Sequence record: NC_061445.1
Length of the DNA stretch: 64,000 bases
Reading direction: 5' to 3' (one strand)
Shown: piece by piece, positions 56,995 to 64,000 of the stretch
Layout: each line of letters begins with the position of its first letter
Numbering within the stretch: position 1 is the stretch's first letter
Notes under the pieces: model-generated
What the model saw: the letters and a program-made list of their open reading frames with translations, nothing else
Database searches by the model: none
What the model was told of the DNA's origin: nothing
Translations under genes and position numbers: made by a program

Positions 56995-57456
56995 ATGAAA
57001 TTCACCGAAGTAAGTAAAGATGCACAGGTCATTCTCATGGGTTCCGCACTTGCGGGAGTTATCGAAGTGTTTGGCCGCGATGCCGATGACGGCGGGCGCA
57101 AGCTGCTGATTACTGCATTGAATCAGATTGGCCTGACGCCTGACGAGTTCAAGGCTCTGATCAACAACATGACAATTTCAGTCAGGGCAGAAGTTGGTGC
57201 AGTGCGTGTGCTCGAAGCAGATCCGGACGATGACTTCGAAGAAGACGCCGAAGACTTCGGTGCCTGTGCTGAGTGCGATCGTCCAGTAGAAGATTGCGTG
57301 TGTGACGATGAAGACGACGACCTCGATACGTCAGAGCAACGTCCAGGCAATCTGAACGATGACGGTCGGACAGACGAAAATGGCTGGCAGAATCTCGATG
57401 AAGATGCCGTCTGCCGTGTATGCCACCAACAAGTGTGTGAGTGCCGAGGCTACTGA
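56995..57456 (+). CDS. Acidic protein with two CxxC...CxC motifs
   Basis: CAECDRPVEDCVC and CRVCHQQVCEC; SD hairpin upstream. Confidence 0.7.
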   Translation: MKFTEVSKDAQVILMGSALAGVIEVFGRDADDGGRKLLITALNQIGLTPDEFKALINNMTISVRAEVGAVRVLEADPDDDFEEDAEDFGACAECDRPVEDCVCDDEDDDLDTSEQRPGNLNDDGRTDENGWQNLDEDAVCRVCHQQVCECRGY

Positions 57457-57668
57457 TGAGCAGACCGACACAAGACGAAATCAATGGTCAGATAGCTGCC
57501 TCCGAAGAGCAACGCTATAACGAGCAGATCGCTCAATACGATGACTGGACAGACGACGAGCTGGCTGATGCTGTAGAAGCAAACGAGCTTGTGGGTGAAG
57601 ACGAAGACGCAAGCGACTACAGCCGCGAAGCGCTGATTCGAATGCTGCTGGCGGATCGACGATTCTAA
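57456..57668 (+). CDS. Small acidic protein, essentially one Rho-N/HeH-like module
   Basis: YDDWTDDELADAVEANEL...YSREALIRML. Confidence 0.65.
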   Translation: MSRPTQDEINGQIAASEEQRYNEQIAQYDDWTDDELADAVEANELVGEDEDASDYSREALIRMLLADRRF

Positions 57669-57750
57669 GCAAAAATCTGGACAAAATGAGGGTTGTCTCA
57701 AAACAGCGCCCCTGATACAATATAAAGACAGCGAGACATGTTCTCTCTGT
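57669..57750 (+). promoter_or_regulatory. Composite early promoter element, copy 9
   Basis: CTGGACAAAA 57677; TTGTCT-17-TACAAT 57716 with TG extension. Confidence 0.75.
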
Positions 57751-57900
57751 TATGTGCCTATAACGTTTTGACCGTGTGTTTATCTTTTCCCGGGCACACG
57801 GTCCTTTTTAAAGTCGCTTCGATGAGGCTGCTTTAAAAAGGGTTCAATACCCTTTGAGCGCACCGGGCTTTACGCGGTTTCCGCCTTGTGTGCTCTCATG
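57727..57900 (+). ncRNA. Candidate structured leader or small RNA
   Basis: About 190-nt ORF-free stretch with five successive inverted repeats; no family recognised. Confidence 0.35.
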
Positions 57901-57922
57901 CTAAACCGCAAAGGAAATAGAT

Positions 57923-58735
57923 ATGCCAAACTTACGTGCTAAACCAGAAGACAAATTCTCTAAAGCTCGTTCTGCGAAGAACTCACCTGAACGTCAGGCT
58001 GCTGCTGAGAAGAAACGCACAACCCCACGCGGTCCGTCTTCTGCTAAACCTCGTCAGTTGCCGCCGGGCTATGGCTATAAGTCAAAAGCTACAGGCGAAC
58101 GTGCGCCAGAGCGTGACGATAAAGAGTCCCAGAAACCTGATTTGAGTAAGAAAGACTGGGTTGCTCGTCGTGACGCAACGCCGAAGATGCGTGATGAAGA
58201 ACGTGTATTCAATCTCGTTCACGCAATTCTGGCTGCATGGAAAGCGGATATCGGACACGCCGAACATACGGCAGCATCTTCTGGTATCATCAAAGTGTCT
58301 CGTCGTAAAGTTGAAGGCGCATTGCGCGATCTCAAGAATACGCGCTTCACTAAAATCCCAACGCTCATCAATGAAATTCTCACACACTCTGATGTGTGTG
58401 AGGAATTCGGGATGTGGGTGTACGTCGAGCACGACACGCCGGATTGGATCTTCGTGCGTCTGCCTGAAGACAGCACGCCTGTGCTTCGCGCTGATATCGT
58501 CTACGACCGCACAGGTCAAACTGCTACGACGATCACGACTTCGAGTGAACCGCTGCTTGAAGTCTTAGGGGAAGACGACGAGCCAGAAATGCTCGAATGC
58601 AATGAGCGCGATATTGAAGACCTTGAAACTAAGGCAATGCGCAAAGAGCTGATCGACAAGGGCATCATCAAGCCAGAAGCTGCTGATAAGCTGAGTCGAC
58701 CGGATCTGATGAAGCTGTTAGCGTACTACGCATAA
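57923..58735 (+). CDS. Protein with basic disordered N-terminus and C-terminal Rho-N/HeH-like module
   Basis: 270 aa with AAGGA RBS. Confidence 0.75.
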   Translation: MPNLRAKPEDKFSKARSAKNSPERQAAAEKKRTTPRGPSSAKPRQLPPGYGYKSKATGERAPERDDKESQKPDLSKKDWVARRDATPKMRDEERVFNLVHAILAAWKADIGHAEHTAASSGIIKVSRRKVEGALRDLKNTRFTKIPTLINEILTHSDVCEEFGMWVYVEHDTPDWIFVRLPEDSTPVLRADIVYDRTGQTATTITTSSEPLLEVLGEDDEPEMLECNERDIEDLETKAMRKELIDKGIIKPEAADKLSRPDLMKLLAYYA

Positions 58736-58774
58736 GCAATAACGAGCAGGGCGCTGAAATATAGCTGCCCTGCT

Positions 58775-58863
58775 ATCTGCGAAGTATGCAGAAAACTGGA
58801 CAAAATCGTGGTTGTTATCTGACAGCCACCTATGCTACAATATATGCAGACGCAGTGAGCGTC
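58775..58863 (+). promoter_or_regulatory. Composite early promoter element, copy 10
   Basis: CTGGACAAAA 58796; GTGGTTGT/ACAGCCAC dyad; TG-c-TACAAT 58836; GACGC/GCGTC hairpin. Confidence 0.8.
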
Positions 58864-58901
58864 GAAATCAAACTAAACAACAATACTGAGGAGTATTTAT
58901 C

Positions 58902-60506
58902 ATGGCACGTATCGAAACTAACTCTAACCTGGTTGGCAAAACTATCATCCTGCTGAACGGCACCAAATCTAAAATCGAAGATGCTATCGCGTCCGGTTAC
59001 AAGGTGAAAGGTCAGAGCAAACGTATCGCAACCCGCTGCGTTATCAAAGAGGGTTCTCACTTCCGTGAGATCGAGCGCATGAATCTGAGCCAGCTTGAAG
59101 ATACCGGCGAAGGTTACGTCAAGCTGAAAGAAGCGAAAGCGTCCGGCAAGAAAACTGCCGGTAAGAAAGAAGCTGCAACGCCGAAAGCGTCCGGCAAGAA
59201 AACTTCTGGTAAGAAAGATGCGAAGCCGTCGAAAGACAAAGAACCTAAAGTTCGTCGCAAATCTTCCGAAGAGCAGTCCGAAGATTATCAGAATCTGGCA
59301 CACGCTATCATCAAAGGCGGCAAAGCTAAACCTGCAGTTGAAATCGAAACTGTTGACGAAGCGCTGACCGATACTGTGGCAAAACGTATCGCCGATATCG
59401 TGCTTAACACTGACGTTGCGAAAGTGTGCGCTGATAACAAAACGCCGATCGCAAACGCTCTGGATGTTACTTACGGTGCCGAGTATGCTGCTGATGGTAA
59501 CGTCATGCAGATCACTTTGAACCTGCAATACGCGAAGCCTGTCAAAGTGCTTGCTCGCCCTACGCTCGAAAATGCAGAAGCTATCGCAATGCGAGCGCAG
59601 AAAATGATCGCGCCTAAGCTGTCTAAGAAGCTGGCGAAAGCGATTCGTGAAGCGTTCAATATCGAAGACGCAGACGAGCTGGAAGCAGGTACTATGCTGC
59701 TGAAAGACGGCGAAGAGTTTGTCTTCTACGGCGAATCTGCGAAGCACCTCGGCAAAGCGCTGCTGTATGTCGTAGCTACCGACAAGTTCAAATCTGTCCT
59801 TGGCTCTACGCTGGGTGAGTACGAAATCCCAGACGCAGAAGAAGAAAACGACGACGAGGAAGAAGTCGAAGAAGAGGAAGAAGAGGTCGAAGAGGTCGAA
59901 GAGGAAGAAGAAGAAGACGGCGAAGAAGACGGCGAAGAAGAAGAAGACGGCGAAGAAGAAGATGCCGCCGAGTACGAATACGTCAAAGTCACTAAAGACC
60001 ATATCAGCATGGTTAACAAGAAAGTGACCGCGAAGTATCACGCCGCGCTGGCTGAACGCTTCAACACTACCGAAGAAGTTCTCGTCCCTGGCCTCGTATT
60101 GACTGACGGCGACACAACGTTCGCGTACCTTGGCTGTGATAGCAAAGGCGGCCTGCTCGTTATCGACGTAGAAGCTGAGGCAGATGATGAAGATGTTCTG
60201 CTGTATAGCAAAGCGGATATCAAAACGCTGAACGACTTCAACCCTGTGATCGATAGCGGCCTCGTTTCTGACGACGAAGAAGAAGACGGTGAAGAAGATA
60301 CCGAAGACTTCGAAGACGGTAACGACGATGAAGAAGAAGACGGCGAAGACGAAGAAGAGAGCTTCGAATTTGACGACGAAGAATCTGTTTACCTCGAAGA
60401 TCTGTCTGACGACGAACTGCGTGAACGTGCCGTTGAGCTGGGTCTGACTACACCGCGCAAATCTGAAAACATGACCGGCGCACAACTGCGCAAGCTGCTG
60501 AAATAA
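58902..60506 (+). CDS. Modular protein: K-rich repeat, acidic tracts, internal duplication, C-terminal Rho-N/HeH-like module
   Basis: 534 aa; SD hairpin upstream; paralogous to the next ORF. Confidence 0.8.
   Translation: MARIETNSNLVGKTIILLNGTKSKIEDAIASGYKVKGQSKRIATRCVIKEGSHFREIERMNLSQLEDTGEGYVKLKEAKASGKKTAGKKEAATPKASGKKTSGKKDAKPSKDKEPKVRRKSSEEQSEDYQNLAHAIIKGGKAKPAVEIETVDEALTDTVAKRIADIVLNTDVAKVCADNKTPIANALDVTYGAEYAADGNVMQITLNLQYAKPVKVLARPTLENAEAIAMRAQKMIAPKLSKKLAKAIREAFNIEDADELEAGTMLLKDGEEFVFYGESAKHLGKALLYVVATDKFKSVLGSTLGEYEIPDAEEENDDEEEVEEEEEEVEEVEEEEEEDGEEDGEEEEDGEEEDAAEYEYVKVTKDHISMVNKKVTAKYHAALAERFNTTEEVLVPGLVLTDGDTTFAYLGCDSKGGLLVIDVEAEADDEDVLLYSKADIKTLNDFNPVIDSGLVSDDEEEDGEEDTEDFEDGNDDEEEDGEDEEESFEFDDEESVYLEDLSDDELRERAVELGLTTPRKSENMTGAQLRKLLK
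59135..59204 (+). repeat. 22-bp direct repeat with 48-nt period, encoding KASGKKT twice
   Basis: GAAAGCGTCCGGCAAGAAAACT at 59135 and 59183. Confidence 0.85.
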
Positions 60507-60527
60507 TCTCGCTGTAAACTGAACGAC

Positions 60528-60557
60528 TGTGCGGTTCAAATCGAGCCGCACATTTAT
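60528..60557 (+). terminator. Hairpin, probable terminator
   Basis: TGTGCGGTTC-AAATC-GAGCCGCACA then TTTATT. Confidence 0.6.
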
Positions 60558-60587
60558 TGACAACTAAGCTGATTGAGGAATCACACT

Positions 60588-61826
60588 ATGTCAAACGCAA
60601 ACAAAAATCTGCTGAATGCCCGTGTTCGTCGTCTGGACGGTACTACCACTTACATCAACAAAGTGAACGCTAACGGTTATAGCACCGACGCGAAGGGCCC
60701 TCAAATCCCTGTGAAACGCATCGTGCTCGCGGGCAAAACGCTGAAAGAGATTGAAGCGCCCTACGCGAAAACTGAGCACGTTCTGATTGACGGCATCACT
60801 GTGAAGCTGAACAAGCGCCAGCAAAAAGATCTGCGCAACGATGAAATCGACGTTGACACGATCAAGCCTGATTTTAGTTCTCTGGTGTACATCGACCCGG
60901 AAACAGGCAAGCCTGCTGTAGCGAAAGCTACGAAGCCGAAAGGCGGTGTGAAAGCGACACGCGAGCGCAACAAAGACACGCGCTCTAAGAAAGAGCGTAA
61001 AGCAGAAGCAGACGCGTCGAGTGCTGACCTCGATATGATCCCACGCTCTGATGCGATTGACTGCAAAGCAGAGCTGGTGCAAATGATCGACGCGACAATC
61101 GCCGACGCAACGACGAAAGATCGTCGCAAGATGTTGAGCGAAGCGTTTGACATGGACTGGAAAGATGTTAAGCATCATGGTGGCAAGGGTGTTGTCAAGC
61201 ACATGGGACGCAAGGCAGCACAACGCGCCTGTGATAAGCTGCGCGTAGCAACTACCAGCGATGCGTATATTAAGCAGATGCCCATCGAGCTTAAACGTCT
61301 TATTCAAGACGGTAAGCTGACGCTCAACAAGAAACAGATTGAGCGTGTGTTAGACGTGTTTGGGCTTGATATGCAGTTCTATGCAACTGCGATGCAGACG
61401 CTGCTGGGTAATCTCAAGCTGTCGCTCGATAAATCTATCGAGAACCCGAAAGTGAAAGAGAAGAAAGCGAAACACAAACTCGCTGTGCCGACCTACGCGT
61501 CTGAGAAAGAACAGACCAAGCGTGTGCGCAAGATGACTGTAAAACTCATCAAGCCGCCTAAGTCTGCAATGGCAGAGGCGAAAGCGCACATCAAAGAGTC
61601 GAAAGCGACTATCGCCAAGAAGCTGGGAATCAAGCCTGCTGACGTGAAGCGTGGTCTGCTGTGTTATAAACCGAACGGCGTTGAGCTGATGTTCGTAGCT
61701 TGCGACATGACCGGCCCTGTCTTCGTTGAGAAAGACGGTAGCGAGTGCGTAATGTCACACGCGAACGTGAAGCACACTTTCAACCTGACGCTGGGCACTA
61801 ACTCTGAACTGGACGCGGCTGTATGA
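60588..61826 (+). CDS. Basic modular protein, paralog of ORF 58902
   Basis: ATG 60588 after GATT-GAGG-AATC; shared N- and C-terminal modules. Confidence 0.8.
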   Translation: MSNANKNLLNARVRRLDGTTTYINKVNANGYSTDAKGPQIPVKRIVLAGKTLKEIEAPYAKTEHVLIDGITVKLNKRQQKDLRNDEIDVDTIKPDFSSLVYIDPETGKPAVAKATKPKGGVKATRERNKDTRSKKERKAEADASSADLDMIPRSDAIDCKAELVQMIDATIADATTKDRRKMLSEAFDMDWKDVKHHGGKGVVKHMGRKAAQRACDKLRVATTSDAYIKQMPIELKRLIQDGKLTLNKKQIERVLDVFGLDMQFYATAMQTLLGNLKLSLDKSIENPKVKEKKAKHKLAVPTYASEKEQTKRVRKMTVKLIKPPKSAMAEAKAHIKESKATIAKKLGIKPADVKRGLLCYKPNGVELMFVACDMTGPVFVEKDGSECVMSHANVKHTFNLTLGTNSELDAAV

Positions 61827-62206
61827 CGAACAACGAGATTATCCTGACAGGTGTATTTGCTCAATTGTACTCGCGGCTGACTACAGCCGCTGTACTTGAA
61901 ACGTATGTGTACTATTCTGATTTGGCCCCTGTAGTGTTTGGTGTGCAACTGTCCACCGTGAGCAATTCGCAGTACAACGCCTTGTGGGAACTCGTTGCGA
62001 AAACAATGCGCGTCGATATCGCAGCGGGCAGACCACCGCTTGCTGCGTTGTACGTGTCTCGCGCAACTGACGAGAAGACACCGAGCAAAAAGTTCTTCAA
62101 AGAATACTACAAACTCACGGGCGTACATCTGTCTGAGACAGACTGGCGAGCACTCGTTGAACATGTGTGGAAATCTTATGCACCAGATCTTCGGGAGCCA
62201 TCATGA
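61823..62206 (+). CDS. Hypothetical protein
   Basis: ATGA overlap. Confidence 0.65.
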   Translation: MTNNEIILTGVFAQLYSRLTTAAVLETYVYYSDLAPVVFGVQLSTVSNSQYNALWELVAKTMRVDIAAGRPPLAALYVSRATDEKTPSKKFFKEYYKLTGVHLSETDWRALVEHVWKSYAPDLREPS

Positions 62207-62664
62207 AAAAGGCCAAAGTTGTAATTAGTCGCGGTGGCTATAGACCGTCATCGCAAGAAGAATCTCAAAAGCTGGTCGCTGAGTTTCTTCTCGGTAATAT
62301 CGGAATCAACCCTACTGTTATCAGCCAGCAGATGTTGCTCAACATTGCGAACTATAACTACCTGACGTCTATCGTAGACACGGGTAAAGCTACGCAAGCG
62401 AACCAGAGCACATTGCATAAAACTGTAAAAGAACTTAATGCGTTCTGTAGATCGCACAAAATTCCTCTGGGTTTGCTAATTATGCCCCATACTTCGACCA
62501 GCGATTATGCCGGTGATGAGGTGGTAGCGATTCCTTGGGAGCATGTGCGCTCGAACACATTGAGCCAGTCGGCCATCGAATCTCTGTTTGAAACAGTTGA
62601 AGCTGATGGTTACCCGCAGTTTGTGACTGATGCGAAGACAGTAGAGGGATACAATGTTTTATGA
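62203..62664 (+). CDS. Hypothetical protein
   Basis: ATG 62203 after GGGAG. Confidence 0.65.
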   Translation: MKKAKVVISRGGYRPSSQEESQKLVAEFLLGNIGINPTVISQQMLLNIANYNYLTSIVDTGKATQANQSTLHKTVKELNAFCRSHKIPLGLLIMPHTSTSDYAGDEVVAIPWEHVRSNTLSQSAIESLFETVEADGYPQFVTDAKTVEGYNVL

Positions 62665-63934
62665 TCACGTATTCAACCACGACGAGAAGCAATTGCTTTT
62701 GAAGGTGGCTGAGTCTAAATATCTGGTGCGGCTAGACTGCCCCGACTATTTGAAGAAGTCGAAACACGCGATTGAGATCAGACATACTGTGACCAACCGT
62801 GGCGAGCAACGTCGAAGCGGTACGATAACAACCGCATTCGTACCGCGCATTCATTCTGCGACTGTGCAGCGACTGGTACGTGAAGTGCGAGACAGCCAAA
62901 GCAAAAGCGCGTCTGAGGGACTCGCTGCGTTATTCGAGTTAGGCCTGGGTGTGCCGAAGCAACGTGATATCGCAACGTACCTGCGCGACTACTCGCGTGA
63001 GAACGATAAGAAGGGTGTGGGTATCAAGTATATCCGCAAACTGATTAACGAGTATCATCGCAAGCACCGTCATAGTTTTGCTGGCAGTCGCTGGTTGATG
63101 CCCGCTGCGTATACAGCGAACATGCTCAACATGCAGTCGTTCATTCATCTGAAAGAGAACGGTTACTCGAAGAAAGTCAAAGTACCCGACGGCGTTCCTG
63201 TGATCTTCATCTATCAGAACACGAACCACGAGAATGCAACGTACAGCCTGTGTGACGCATTCGTGATTAGCCCGCTCGGTTACCCGATGCCGTTCGCTCA
63301 AATCGCGTTGCGCCCTGAGTTCAAAGCTGCGCCGAAAGAGTTCAGCTCGAAAGCGTTTCGTGGTAAGAGCATGTACGCTATGGTAATGGGTGTGCTGCAC
63401 TGGGAGAAGGGCGATGCGCTCGATAACTTCCGTGAGCTGGTGGAGATTGACGACGAGCCGTATCTGACGTTGCTTAGTGATGAACGTTATGCTGATCGTC
63501 GTTCGCCTGAGTATCAAGCTCTACTGGACGAACGTGCTGCGATGAATGCGAAGCGCCAGAAGTGGAGTGACGTGATTGCGAAGTATGGCAACACGACACG
63601 CACACTCAAGCCAGAACAGGCTGAGCGTCTGGCAAAAGCCGAAGCATTCTTCATTAAGCGCAAAGAGTTCTTGGACGCTTTCGACAAGTTCGAAAAGAAA
63701 GAGAACAGCAAAGCCGCCCGTAAGTTTGCTGCCGCATCTGCATCGTTCGCTGCTGTTGATTGTGGTGTTGTGATTGACCGAACAACGTATCGCTCTGTGT
63801 CGTCAGGCTTGGATGTTGTGAACAAGATTCTCACTCGCTGGGGATTCACGACAATCAACACTGTCGATAGTAGTCAGAAGAAATCCATTTTAACCTATGA
63901 CCTGAAAAATGCAAGTCGCATTTGGTCTCTGTAA
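62654..63934 (+). CDS. Hypothetical protein
   Basis: 426-aa ORF with GAGG RBS. Confidence 0.7.
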   Translation: MFYDHVFNHDEKQLLLKVAESKYLVRLDCPDYLKKSKHAIEIRHTVTNRGEQRRSGTITTAFVPRIHSATVQRLVREVRDSQSKSASEGLAALFELGLGVPKQRDIATYLRDYSRENDKKGVGIKYIRKLINEYHRKHRHSFAGSRWLMPAAYTANMLNMQSFIHLKENGYSKKVKVPDGVPVIFIYQNTNHENATYSLCDAFVISPLGYPMPFAQIALRPEFKAAPKEFSSKAFRGKSMYAMVMGVLHWEKGDALDNFRELVEIDDEPYLTLLSDERYADRRSPEYQALLDERAAMNAKRQKWSDVIAKYGNTTRTLKPEQAERLAKAEAFFIKRKEFLDAFDKFEKKENSKAARKFAAASASFAAVDCGVVIDRTTYRSVSSGLDVVNKILTRWGFTTINTVDSSQKKSILTYDLKNASRIWSL

Positions 63935-63960
63935 ACAACTTATCTGAGGAGATAACGCAC

Positions 63961-64000
63961 ATGTCTAATAACAATCTGGGTGGCGCTGCTGCTTTTGGCT
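63961..64000 (+). CDS. Partial gene at the right edge (MSNNNLGGAAAFG...)
   Basis: ATG 63961 after the TTATCT-GAGG-AGATAA SD hairpin. Confidence 0.65.
   Translation, partial: MSNNNLGGAAAFG

Noticed and set aside
57838-57854. tRNA gene suggested by the GGTTCAATACC T-arm
   Set aside because: No acceptor stem, D-arm or anticodon arm can be built around it; kept only as part of the structured-RNA finding.
58830-60563. 577-aa ORF on the - strand
   Set aside because: Antisense shadow of ORF 58902; its F/V-rich content is the reverse complement of GAA/GAC codons, and no RBS was seen.
14521-63955. SD hairpins as canonical CsrA sites
   Set aside because: Loops are GAGG/GGAG/AAGG with the next base in the stem, not the ANGGA hexaloop consensus; CsrA binding is not excluded but not supported.

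Overview
This window is a 64-kb piece of a large lytic dsDNA phage genome: gene-dense, about 50% GC, almost all on the + strand, and mostly small hypothetical ORFs. Gene content (RuvC-like resolvase, stand-alone primase, Cas4-like nuclease, phage sigma factor, gp32-like SSB, RecA/UvsX, UvsE, KptA, DksA/TraR, dUTPase) resembles, from memory, the enterobacterial jumbo myoviruses of the Y3/Alexandra/AD1/JA group. That placement is inference and was not searched. Roughly 1-23 kb holds replication, recombination and probable virion genes, several preceded by a CTGTAAA(T/C)A motif. RecA carries a 344-aa intein and there is a clear Acb1-like (anti-CBASS) 2H phosphoesterase. Roughly 23-64 kb is an accessory, probably early, region punctuated by ten copies of a composite promoter element: a conserved CTGGWCAAAA box, a fixed 39-40 nt spacing, usually an extended -10, and hairpins. 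Other unexplained patterns: Shine-Dalgarno tetraloops closed by sequence-variable stems at a dozen or more genes, a 36-aa two-helix module in five unrelated proteins, a shared N-terminal (I/V)SLS tag, and an SSB tail of alternating acidic and basic blocks. No tRNA, rRNA or CRISPR array was seen. Many starts were moved downstream of the ORF track to the codon with a ribosome-binding site.
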